A stretch of DNA of 64,000 bases, from the NCBI GenBank assembly GCA_012518875.1, contig JAAYRI010000069.1, positions 5,511 to 69,510 of the forward strand, in the 5' to 3' direction. The stretch comes from Peptococcaceae bacterium. Lineage in GTDB: Bacteria > Bacillota > Desulfotomaculia > Desulfotomaculales > Pelotomaculaceae. Shown piece after piece: positions 10,584 to 19,478 of this stretch. How positions within the stretch are numbered: the stretch's first letter is position 1; every line of letters starts with the position of its first letter. The notes under the pieces were generated by a model. It was not told the origin of the DNA, did no database searches, and saw nothing but the letters and a program-made list of their open reading frames with translations. The translations under genes and the position numbers were made by a program.

Positions 10584-12140
10584 ATGGCGAATGGTAAATT
10601 TATTTTTAAGGCGACGCTTACGATCGCCTTTTTTATCTTGATGTCCAGGATCCTGGGCCTGGTGCGGGAATCCGTAATAGCAGGCCTATTGGGGACCAGT
10701 TATCTGGCTGACGCTTACCAGATGTCCTTGAAGGCCCCCAACATGTTATTTACCGTGGTTTGCGGGGCCCTGGCTACAGTGATAGTGCCTATTTTTACTG
10801 AATATGCCTCTAAGGGCCAAAAACGAGAGGCCTGGGGTTTGTTCAACACTGTTATTGCCCTGGTGGTTTTTTTCTTCCTTCTTGCCTCTATTATTGGCAT
10901 CATCGGGGCCCCCCTGCTGGTCAAATTTGTGGCACCTGGGTTTACGGGTGCTACCAGGGATTTGACCATTGAACTCTGGCGCATCATCCTGCCATGGATG
11001 GTTTTTGCCAGTCTGGCCTCCCTCTACACCCAACTATTAAACGCAAATAATATTTTTGGTGTTCCCGCCTTCAGCAGTTCTGTTAACAATATCTTTATTA
11101 TCGTTTCTGCTTTAACGCTTGGTCGGCTATATGGCGTACAAGGTCTGACCCTGGGGACCATGCTGGCTATGGCTGCCATGGCTCTGGTGCAATTACCTAC
11201 CCTGTACAAGGCCGGCTTCCGTTTGAATTGGCGGCTGGATCTGCACCACCCTGGTTTAAGAAAAATTTGGCATCTGGCCATCCCTTCCTTTTTTAGCCTG
11301 TCTATTACCCAGATCAATGTATTCGTTACCTTTGTACTGGCATCCTGGCTGGCAGTTGGCAGCGTGGCCTCACTGGGTTACGCCGATAAGCTAATCCAGT
11401 TTTCCATCGGCCTGGTTGTCACCGCCCTGACCACTGCTGTCTTCCCCACCATTTCCCGGCTGGCCGCAGAAAAAAAGATGGATGATTTTGCTGCTACTCT
11501 GCTGGGGTCACTAAAAATTGTTTTTGCCGGCATTATTGCCACCACGGTGGGTTTAATTACCCTGGGCCATCCTATTGTAAATTTTGTCTATGGATCAGGA
11601 CTCTTTGGCTCGGAATCTGTAGAAATGACCACAACGGCGCTAATATGCTACTCAATTGGGACAGTAGGTTTTGCCGCCGGCCTGCTTTTGACCCGCGGTT
11701 TTTATTCCCTACAGGATACCCGTACTCCCCTAAAAATAAGTATTGTTCAGGTAGTGGTAAACCTTGGTTTTAGTCTGCTGCTGATTGGTATTCTCCAGCA
11801 TGCCGGGCTAGCCCTGGCCAGCTCCCTGGCTAATCTAACCTATATGGGTTTGTTGATGTGGCAATTGGAGAAAAAAATACCTGGTCTATACCGGGACGGG
11901 CTGTGGAGGTTTGTGCTGGCTGTTTTGGTAGCGGCCGGTTTGATGGCTGCTGTATGTTATGTTACCAGTGAGGCTCTGATGGGGCTGGTTCAGGGGAAAA
12001 TGGGCCTGGTTATTCAGGTGGCTCTTGCCGGAAGTGCCGGCCTGCTGGTTTTTGTTGCTGCCTTTTTTGTCATGGGGATAAAAGAGGCCCATGTGCTCTG
12101 GCAATCCTTCAAAGCAGCACTGGCTGGACGAAAGGGGTAG
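10584..12140 (+). CDS. murJ: Lipid II/polysaccharide flippase MurJ (MviN)
   Basis: SRILGLVRE, ADAY and FYSLQDTRTP motifs; hydrophobic throughout, as expected for a MOP-family flippase. Confidence 0.9.
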   Translation: MANGKFIFKATLTIAFFILMSRILGLVRESVIAGLLGTSYLADAYQMSLKAPNMLFTVVCGALATVIVPIFTEYASKGQKREAWGLFNTVIALVVFFFLLASIIGIIGAPLLVKFVAPGFTGATRDLTIELWRIILPWMVFASLASLYTQLLNANNIFGVPAFSSSVNNIFIIVSALTLGRLYGVQGLTLGTMLAMAAMALVQLPTLYKAGFRLNWRLDLHHPGLRKIWHLAIPSFFSLSITQINVFVTFVLASWLAVGSVASLGYADKLIQFSIGLVVTALTTAVFPTISRLAAEKKMDDFAATLLGSLKIVFAGIIATTVGLITLGHPIVNFVYGSGLFGSESVEMTTTALICYSIGTVGFAAGLLLTRGFYSLQDTRTPLKISIVQVVVNLGFSLLLIGILQHAGLALASSLANLTYMGLLMWQLEKKIPGLYRDGLWRFVLAVLVAAGLMAAVCYVTSEALMGLVQGKMGLVIQVALAGSAGLLVFVAAFFVMGIKEAHVLWQSFKAALAGRKG

Positions 12141-12293
12141 CTCCGTTGGAGAGTGCTCCAGCATGGCTAATAACCCCCTGGATAGGGGCTGATGTGCTGA
12201 TGTTTGCAAAATAAAGGGTTTTACCCGATAGCCATGGGCTGGATTGTAACCTTCTTTCAGCTTTTACATAGGCTGATGGAGGGGGTGTGAACA

Positions 12294-12560
12294 ATGTTGT
12301 TCAGAATATCCGACCTGGGACGCCGGGATATAGTAAACCTGGCTAATGGGATGAAACTTGGCCCAGTTAGTGATATTTACATAAACCTGGAAACGGGAAA
12401 GGTTGCATCTCTGGTGCTTTCAGGGGGCAGAAAATTTTTTGGACTCATGGCTGCCGGCAGGGATCTGGTGGTTCCCTGGGAGCAAATAAAGAAGATTGGT
12501 GTGCATACAGTCCTTGTAGAAATAGAAAATGCTATGGGGCTGGACTCTTATAAAAGTTGA
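12294..12560 (+). CDS. YlmC/YmxH family PRC-barrel sporulation protein
   Basis: RISDL..DIVNLANG.KLG.V.DI.INLETGKV and VPWEQIKKIG pattern. Confidence 0.88.
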   Translation: MLFRISDLGRRDIVNLANGMKLGPVSDIYINLETGKVASLVLSGGRKFFGLMAAGRDLVVPWEQIKKIGVHTVLVEIENAMGLDSYKS

Positions 12561-12586
12561 CATGAATAACGGCATTTTGTTAGAAT
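12557..12586 (+). promoter_or_regulatory. sigmaA-type promoter for metK
   Basis: TTGACA-18 nt-TAGAAT with an extended -10 TG. Confidence 0.65.
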
Positions 12587-12703
12587 GTATTAACTTTAAC
12601 ATTAATTTTTTCCACATTATAGAGGGACAGGCTGTTGATTAACCTCTTCCGGAAGAGGTTTGATTTTATGCTGGAGCCTTTTCCAGATTAAGGAGGCCTA
12701 TAA

Positions 12704-13894
12704 ATGGGTAGACGATTGTTTACATCCGAGTCTGTAACTGAGGGACATCCGGATAAGGTAGCGGATCAGGTATCGGATGCGGTGCTGGATGCAATATTTT
12801 TGGATGATCCTTTTGCCCGGGTGGCTTGCGAAACCCTGGTTACCACCGGACTGGTTTTGGTAACAGGTGAGGTGACCACAAAATGTTATGTTGATATTCC
12901 CAAGGTTGTCCGGGAAACGATCCGTGATATAGGCTACACCAGGGCGAAATATGGTTTTGACTGTGACACCTGTGCTGTCCTTACCTCTATTGACGAACAG
13001 TCCGGCGACATTGCCCAGGGGGTGGATCAGTCGCTAGAAACCAGGGGCAATAAGGCCGGCCACGACTCTTTTGATTTAATCGGGGCCGGTGATCAGGGCA
13101 TGATGTTTGGCTATGCCACAAATGAAACCCCGGAGTTGATGCCCTTGTCTATAGCTATGGCCCACCGCCTGGCCCGGCGACTGGCCGATGTACGCAAAAG
13201 CGGTGAAATGCCCTACCTGAGACCAGATGGGAAAACACAGGTAACGGTGGAATATGAAAATGGTTTCCCTCGGCGGCTGGACGCTATTGTGGTATCTACC
13301 CAACATCACCCCAAGGTAAAGCTTGCCGACATCCGGGAGGGTGTGATTAGAAAGGTTATAGGGGAGGTTGTACCTCCGGGGCTGATGGACAAAAACACAC
13401 GTATTTTTGTTAACCCCACCGGACGTTTTGTTATTGGTGGCCCTCAAGGAGATGCGGGTCTTACCGGTAGGAAGATTATTGTGGATACATATGGTGGTAT
13501 GGCCAGGCACGGAGGAGGTGCTTTTTCGGGCAAGGACCCCACCAAGGTTGACCGGTCGGCCAGCTATGCTGCCCGCTATGTAGCAAAAAATATAGTCGCT
13601 GCCGGTCTGGCAGATAAATGTGAGTTTCAAGTTGCCTATGCTATTGGAGTGGCCCACCCCGTTTCAGTTGCAGTAGACACCTTTGGTACTTGCAAGATTG
13701 AGGAGCGGTTGTTAACCAGGTTGGTGCAGGAACATTTTGACTTGCGCCCTGCTGCCATCATTGAAAATCTGCATCTGCGCCGGCCAATATATAAACAGGT
13801 AGCGGCATATGGGCACTTTGGCAGAATTGACCTGGACTTGCCCTGGGAGGCAACTGACAAGGTAGAACAACTCAGGCGTGCCGCAGGCCTATAA
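12704..13894 (+). CDS. metK: S-adenosylmethionine synthetase
   Basis: [19 protein letters not shown] and GGGAFSGKD signatures. Confidence 0.97.
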   Translation: MGRRLFTSESVTEGHPDKVADQVSDAVLDAIFLDDPFARVACETLVTTGLVLVTGEVTTKCYVDIPKVVRETIRDIGYTRAKYGFDCDTCAVLTSIDEQSGDIAQGVDQSLETRGNKAGHDSFDLIGAGDQGMMFGYATNETPELMPLSIAMAHRLARRLADVRKSGEMPYLRPDGKTQVTVEYENGFPRRLDAIVVSTQHHPKVKLADIREGVIRKVIGEVVPPGLMDKNTRIFVNPTGRFVIGGPQGDAGLTGRKIIVDTYGGMARHGGGAFSGKDPTKVDRSASYAARYVAKNIVAAGLADKCEFQVAYAIGVAHPVSVAVDTFGTCKIEERLLTRLVQEHFDLRPAAIIENLHLRRPIYKQVAAYGHFGRIDLDLPWEATDKVEQLRRAAGL

Positions 13895-13921
13895 ACCGAT
13901 AGACCCTATTACAATTACAAC

Positions 13922-13959
13922 AAAAAGAACCGGACTACTGGGGAGCCCGGTTCTTTTTT
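13922..13959. terminator. Bidirectional intrinsic terminator between metK and opuAC
   Basis: AAAAAGAACCGG...CCGGTTCTTTTTT between convergent genes. Confidence 0.8.
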
Positions 13960-13968
13960 ATTCACTTT

Positions 13969-14856
13969 TTACTTGCCTGTCCACTCCGCTACCTTATCCT
14001 GGTTTTCCTCAATCCATTTGGCAGCTGCTTCTGCAGGTTGCATGCCATCTTCTATTTCAAGCATAACCGCCTCCATATCTGCAGCAGTCCAGCTGAACTT
14101 GTCCAGTATGTTGTAAGCAGCTTCGTTGTCTTCTTTTAGCCCTTTGCGTACAATAGTGTGGATGAATTCTTCAGAACCGTAAACCTCTTTGGGGTCTTCC
14201 AGATATTTAAGATCCCACTTGGCAAATTTCCAGTGTGGAGTCCAACCAGTGATCAAAATCCAATCCTCTTTATCTGCCGCCTTTTTCAATGCTGCCGCCA
14301 TCCCGGCGCTACTGCTGCTTTGTAGTTGATAATCGAGATCATATGCCTCGATTGCTTCTTCCGTAGCCAGCATAATACCGGCACCGGGTTCAATCCCAGT
14401 TATCTTGCCATCAAATTTGTCCTTTACATCATTTAGTTCTTCAATTGAGTTAACAGTTACATATTCAGGGACTACCAGACCAATCTTGGCTCCCTCCAGG
14501 TTGGGACCCAGGTCCTCTACCTTGTCCTTAACCTGTTCAAAGTAATCCTTGTGGGTTGCCGGTAGCCAGGCGGCGACAATGCCGTCAAAGTCCCCTTCGC
14601 TTACACCCAGCCACATGGGTGCAGCATCTACTGCCGTAATTGTTACGTCAAAACCTTCATTTTCTAATACCTTTTTAATGACATTAGTGCTGGCAATTTC
14701 AGAATCCCACTGCACATAGCCCAGTTTTACAAGTCCCTTTTCTCCCTGTTCCCCTTGTTGCCCTTGTTGTGTTTGTTCCCCACAGCCGGCCATTATTCCG
14801 GCCAGTAGGGCTACAACAGTTAACAACCCTACCAGTCTCGACAGCTTTCTAAACAT
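13969..14856 (-). CDS. opuAC: Glycine betaine ABC transporter substrate-binding lipoprotein
   Basis: Lipobox MAGC, Trp-rich motifs (YVQWDSE, AWLPATH, GWTPHWKF) and GIEPGAG. Confidence 0.88.
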   Translation of the reverse strand: MFRKLSRLVGLLTVVALLAGIMAGCGEQTQQGQQGEQGEKGLVKLGYVQWDSEIASTNVIKKVLENEGFDVTITAVDAAPMWLGVSEGDFDGIVAAWLPATHKDYFEQVKDKVEDLGPNLEGAKIGLVVPEYVTVNSIEELNDVKDKFDGKITGIEPGAGIMLATEEAIEAYDLDYQLQSSSSAGMAAALKKAADKEDWILITGWTPHWKFAKWDLKYLEDPKEVYGSEEFIHTIVRKGLKEDNEAAYNILDKFSWTAADMEAVMLEIEDGMQPAEAAAKWIEENQDKVAEWTGK

Positions 14857-14876
14857 TTAACAACCTCCTTGTTTTA

Positions 14877-15710
14877 TTAAACCTTTATTTTGCGTTTTTC
14901 AGTGAGGCTTTGTGTTACTCGATCCAGGATGACGGCCATGATGACGATGGCTAAACCACCTTCAAACCCCTTGGCAATATCTATTCTGGAAAGACCCGCC
15001 AGCACCTCTGTACCCAGACCACCAGCCCCAATCATGGCAGCAATAACGACCATAGATAGAGAAAGCATGATGCATTGGTTGACACCTGCCATAATAGTAG
15101 GTAGGGCCAGGGGCACCTGGATCCTAACTAGCTTCTGCCATTCTGTGGAACCAAAGGCATCGGCGGCTTCAACCAGTTCAGCGGGCACCTGTCTGATACC
15201 CAACCCGGTCAGGCGTATTGTTGGCGGCATGGCAAAAATAACAGTGGCAAAAAGTCCCGGCACCTGGCCCAGCCCAAAGAATAATACTGCTGGAATCAGG
15301 TAAACAAATGCAGGCATAGTCTGCATAAAATCGAGTAGGGGCATCATTAATTTATGTGCAAAATCGCTTCTTGCCGTGAGAATGCCCAATGGTATACCCA
15401 TCACCAGGGCCAGGGCTGTAGAGGCCAGGATGAGGGCCAATGTTTCTATGGAGGCTTCCCATAACTGCATGTTTTGGATGAGGAAAAGGCCGATAGCAGT
15501 GCCAATGGCCAAGCCCCTGTTAGCAACAAACCAAACCAGAATAAAAACCAGGACAATAATGATGAGAGGTGGTACAGCTAAAAAAATTGTTTCAATACCT
15601 GATACAAGTAGTTTGATGACCATGGTGATGAAATCAAATAGCCACTCCAGATGAATCTGGGCCCATTCGACTATGAATTCCACCCATAAGCCGATCGGTA
15701 GTTTAGTCAA
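14877..15710 (-). CDS. opuAB: Glycine betaine ABC transporter permease (ProW family)
   Basis: LDFMQTMPAFVYLIP and the EAA loop (ELVEAADAFG). Confidence 0.9.
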   Translation of the reverse strand: MTKLPIGLWVEFIVEWAQIHLEWLFDFITMVIKLLVSGIETIFLAVPPLIIIVLVFILVWFVANRGLAIGTAIGLFLIQNMQLWEASIETLALILASTALALVMGIPLGILTARSDFAHKLMMPLLDFMQTMPAFVYLIPAVLFFGLGQVPGLFATVIFAMPPTIRLTGLGIRQVPAELVEAADAFGSTEWQKLVRIQVPLALPTIMAGVNQCIMLSLSMVVIAAMIGAGGLGTEVLAGLSRIDIAKGFEGGLAIVIMAVILDRVTQSLTEKRKIKV

Positions 15711-16896
15711 TATTATTCCCTCTCCTTACCATGCCTGCCAGTACTGACCCCTTAACCAGTATGCCTGCCAGTTTATCGTCTTCCCGGGTTACTGCAACGG
15801 GGAATTTTGTGTCTGCTATTACTGGGATGATATCTATCACCGGGGTGTCAACGCCTACCTTGGGAACATCACTGACAATGATACTTTTAATGTCTTCCTT
15901 GTGTTCCTTCACTGCTTGTAGGGCATCTTCAGCAAGTAGAATACCAGCCAGCTTTCGTTCTCGGGTAACCACAAAAATGCTGGAGATGCCATGTTCTCTC
16001 ATCAGGCGCAGGGCTACCCGTGGCCCATCTCTTAAAAAAACAACCGGATCCGGTGACTTCATTACCCCTTCTGCTGTCAGCACCTTGGTTCTGTCTACAT
16101 CTTCAACAAATTTTTCAACATAATCATCGGCCGGATTGGTGAGGATATCCTCGGCTGTGCCAATTTGCACAATTGTGCCGTTATTCATGAGGGCAATATG
16201 ATCCCCGATTTTCAAGGCTTCATCAAGATCATGGGTAACAAAAATGATGGTTTTGTTGAGGGTATTGTGAAGGGAAAGGAGCTCGTCCTGCATGCTCTTG
16301 CGGATAAGCGGGTCTAGAGCGCTGAAGGCTTCATCCATCAGTAGGATGTCAGGGTTGTTAGCCAGGGCCCTGGCCAAGCCCACCCGCTGTTGCATACCGC
16401 CGCTAAGCTGCTGGGGCATGCTGTTTTCCCAGCCCTTCAAACCTACCGTTTCCAAAACCTGGGCGGCCTTTTCCCGCCGCTGTTCTACAGTAATGCCTTG
16501 TATCTCCAGCCCATAAGCCACATTATCCAATACGGTCCGGTGGGGAAACAAGGCAAAACCCTGGAACACCATGCTGATTTTTTTCCTGCGCATTTCTCTT
16601 ACAGCCTGGGGTGTGGCTGTGGTTATATCTTCACCATCGATGGTGATGGTGCCACTGGTAGGCTCGATGAGCCGGTTAATACACCGCAACAAGGTAGACT
16701 TGCCGCATCCTGACAACCCCATCAGCACGAAAACCTCGCCCTCATTTACTGAAAAATTTATGTCGTATATACCTACTGTCTGATTGCTCTCCTCCAGTAT
16801 TTTATTCTTGCTATAACCTTTTCTTAGTAACTTAATGGCCTTTTCTGGGTGGTCACCAAAAATTTTTACCAGATCTTTTACGACTATTTTGCTCAT
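15703..16896 (-). CDS. opuAA: Glycine betaine ABC transporter ATPase with CBS pair
   Basis: GLSGCGKS, LSGGMQQR, DEAFSALDPLIR and C-terminal CBS domains. Confidence 0.92.
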   Translation of the reverse strand: MSKIVVKDLVKIFGDHPEKAIKLLRKGYSKNKILEESNQTVGIYDINFSVNEGEVFVLMGLSGCGKSTLLRCINRLIEPTSGTITIDGEDITTATPQAVREMRRKKISMVFQGFALFPHRTVLDNVAYGLEIQGITVEQRREKAAQVLETVGLKGWENSMPQQLSGGMQQRVGLARALANNPDILLMDEAFSALDPLIRKSMQDELLSLHNTLNKTIIFVTHDLDEALKIGDHIALMNNGTIVQIGTAEDILTNPADDYVEKFVEDVDRTKVLTAEGVMKSPDPVVFLRDGPRVALRLMREHGISSIFVVTRERKLAGILLAEDALQAVKEHKEDIKSIIVSDVPKVGVDTPVIDIIPVIADTKFPVAVTREDDKLAGILVKGSVLAGMVRRGNNID

Positions 16897-17008
16897 GGAG
16901 GCCTCCTAGTTCATAAATGTGTTGTATCCCCTTAGCACAATACCATCCATGAAAGGCAGCTATTGTGAGACAACCCAATGGAGATTGGTAAGTTGTCACA
17001 TATAGCAT

Positions 17009-17038
17009 ATTATAGCAAAAATATATTTACCGTGTCTA
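17009..17038 (-). promoter_or_regulatory. sigmaA-type promoter for the opuA operon
   Basis: Minus strand TAGACA-18 nt-TATAAT with an extended -10 TG. Confidence 0.6.
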
Positions 17039-17188
17039 GTAAATGGTTGTTGTAAATTATTGTTGCACCTGGTTATTATCCCTTGTAAAGGGCTTTAAAT
17101 GTGCATAACCCAAAAATAATTCATGTATGTTTTCCCCGCAATCACTACCCGGGGACCTGTTGCATAGTTTGCAGCAGGGGGAAAAGGG

Positions 17189-17644
17189 ATGCAACCATTT
17201 TTTTGGATATTATTTTTTTTGGCTGTGGCGATGACCCTACTATGGCGGGTGCGGTATGAATGTAAAAAAAGGTCTTCGCTGCGGCCCGGCGTCATAAGAA
17301 TATGGATCATTGTGCAAAACCAGGAACCATGGATTGAGGGATTCATACGCAAACTGTTCAGGATAATACGGGGATCACCTTTTCTAGAAGTGTACATAAT
17401 AGATGACTGCTCTAGTGACTGTACAGCCGAAGTCTTACATCAAATGGGGCGGATATACCCCTTTAAGGTCCTGTCCATAGGGGACAGACCTTTGGAGAAT
17501 GGGTTTCCTGACGCCGGATTGCAAGCCGCCTGCTCCTTGTGGTTTGATGTTAGAGGTTTAAGGGGCAAGGGGCTTTTAAATGCAACCTTGTTGGGCCATC
17601 TTTCCCGTCTAAACGAAGGTAATCTACAAATTTTGTCGAACTAA
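17189..17644 (+). CDS. Short membrane-anchored protein with a partial GT2 (GT-A) N-terminal fold
   Basis: TM helix, then IIVQNQEPWIEGF...EVYIIDDCSSDCTAEVL, the GT2 nucleotide-binding half. Only 151 aa. Confidence 0.6.
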   Translation: MQPFFWILFFLAVAMTLLWRVRYECKKRSSLRPGVIRIWIIVQNQEPWIEGFIRKLFRIIRGSPFLEVYIIDDCSSDCTAEVLHQMGRIYPFKVLSIGDRPLENGFPDAGLQAACSLWFDVRGLRGKGLLNATLLGHLSRLNEGNLQILSN

Positions 17645-17674
17645 ACTGTACTGTTATTTTGAGGTGAGGTTGTC

Positions 17675-19366
17675 TTGCGGGCTAAACAAAGAGCCTATCA
17701 TACTATATTGGCTTTGCTTGTCGTCGGACTAGCTGTCTGGCGATTGGTTTTTTTGTTACCTGCCCTGGATCTGGACAGTGTCCGAGAGCTGTTACTGCTA
17801 GTTTTTTTGGGAGTTCTTGCTGAGTGTCTATCTGTTCCCTTTGCTTATGGTAGGCTTTCAGGTGCATTTGTGTTGATCCTATCAACCTTTTTCATATATG
17901 GGGCTGCTGCGGCTGCCTGGGTAAGTGGGTTGGCGGCCCTATTTGGGCAGGGTATTGCCAATTGTGGGAACCCAGTACGCACAGTGTTTTTTAATGCCGG
18001 CCAGTGCGTGCTGGCGGTGGTGGTGGCGGACGGACTGTTCCGTCTATGTGGCGGTGTGCAGATACAACCCATTTCAGCAAATATATTTCCACTGTTGGTT
18101 TTTACGGTATCCTACATTGCTGTTAACCACATCCTGGTGCACCTGTATACGACACCGGACAGACATGCTTTTGTGGGGCGTGTTTCCTGGTTTGATAGTA
18201 TTAAATGGGATACACTGACTTATTTTTTCACTGTCCCTTTGGGCATCTTAATTGCTATGATCTACGGTTATATTGGGCTTTCCGGGACTGTCCTTCTTTT
18301 TTTTCCCATCCTTGCCACCCAGTTGGCACTCCGTTTCTATGTGCGTCTTAAGACGACTAATATCGGTTTGACAGCCTTTTACCGGTTAGCGAAAACCCTG
18401 GAGAGTAAACCGGGTCCGATAGAAATTATGGAACAGGTATTAGCAAACGCCAAAAAGGCTGTTCCCTATCGGGCGGGAGTGGCTTATCTCCGTCCGGAGG
18501 AAGGTACCTCCTACCTGCCTGTGGCTGCAACAGGTTTATATGCCAGGCAACTAATGTCCACTGCTGTTTACGAGGGGGAGGGGTTGATTGGGCTAGTCCT
18601 GGAAAATAGGGAACCGGAAATTATATATGATACCAGGATGCATCCCCAGGCAAAAAGGGAATCTGGTCTATGCCGGACCATGCGTTCGCTGATTATTATA
18701 CCGTTGTTTACAACTAGTGACCTACTGGGGGTAATTGTGCTTGGTGAAAAAAGGCCCCAGGTTTTTGATGAAAGCAGCCTGCATATTATGACTGTTTTGG
18801 CTCGGCAGGGGGCAATGGCACTGGAAAACCATCTCCTGGGCTATAGATTGAACCAGGCTCTATCAAGGGACAACCTGACCGGGCTGCTAAGCTTTAGCGC
18901 CCTTTGGGACATTGTCACGGGGCGCTGTAGCTCTGCCCGAGCGGAAGGTTTTACAATGGGTCTTATATTGCTGGATATAGATCGTTTCAGGGTGTTTAAC
19001 AAACACTATGGCCGGGTGGCGGGGGAAATGCTATTGGTGCAGGTGGCTAACCTGCTTGACAATAGTTTGCGCCGGGATGATGTTGTTTCCCGTTATGGGG
19101 GTGATGAATTTGCCTTATTGCTGCCCTGGGCCACCGGAGCACAGCTGGTAGATCAGGCGGAAACATTGTTGAAAAATATCAGTGCCCAACCTTTTTCAAG
19201 AGAAGGCCGCACTGCCAGAATTACAGTTAGTATTGGTGTGGCAGAATTTCCACGAGATGCTGGTGATCCGGCCGGACTTTTTAATTCTGCGCAGCGGGCG
19301 TTGGATAAGGCTAAAGAAGGCGGTGGAAACAGAGTCATCACCGCAGCGGCGCCCTTGACAGTTTAG
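17675..19366 (+). CDS. Membrane sensor-GAF-GGDEF (diguanylate cyclase-like) protein
   Basis: Multi-TM N-terminus, GAF (SLIIIPL...GVIVL...F), DNLTGL, RxxD I-site and GGDEF. Confidence 0.88.
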   Translation: MRAKQRAYHTILALLVVGLAVWRLVFLLPALDLDSVRELLLLVFLGVLAECLSVPFAYGRLSGAFVLILSTFFIYGAAAAAWVSGLAALFGQGIANCGNPVRTVFFNAGQCVLAVVVADGLFRLCGGVQIQPISANIFPLLVFTVSYIAVNHILVHLYTTPDRHAFVGRVSWFDSIKWDTLTYFFTVPLGILIAMIYGYIGLSGTVLLFFPILATQLALRFYVRLKTTNIGLTAFYRLAKTLESKPGPIEIMEQVLANAKKAVPYRAGVAYLRPEEGTSYLPVAATGLYARQLMSTAVYEGEGLIGLVLENREPEIIYDTRMHPQAKRESGLCRTMRSLIIIPLFTTSDLLGVIVLGEKRPQVFDESSLHIMTVLARQGAMALENHLLGYRLNQALSRDNLTGLLSFSALWDIVTGRCSSARAEGFTMGLILLDIDRFRVFNKHYGRVAGEMLLVQVANLLDNSLRRDDVVSRYGGDEFALLLPWATGAQLVDQAETLLKNISAQPFSREGRTARITVSIGVAEFPRDAGDPAGLFNSAQRALDKAKEGGGNRVITAAAPLTV

Positions 19367-19478
19367 GGTTGAGGCTGGAATATGCCTTTACGTGAATGAA
19401 TTCTTGTGGTAAATGTTCCCCATATCAGATAACATTAGGTTTATAGTGTTTATGGTAGTCTTTTTGGAGGTCAGTGAG

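Noticed and set aside
12170-12230. Hammerhead ribozyme (stem, CTGATG, stem, AAA)
   Set aside because: The core reads CTGATGT and GCAAAA instead of CUGANGA and GAAA, and there is no NUH before stem I.
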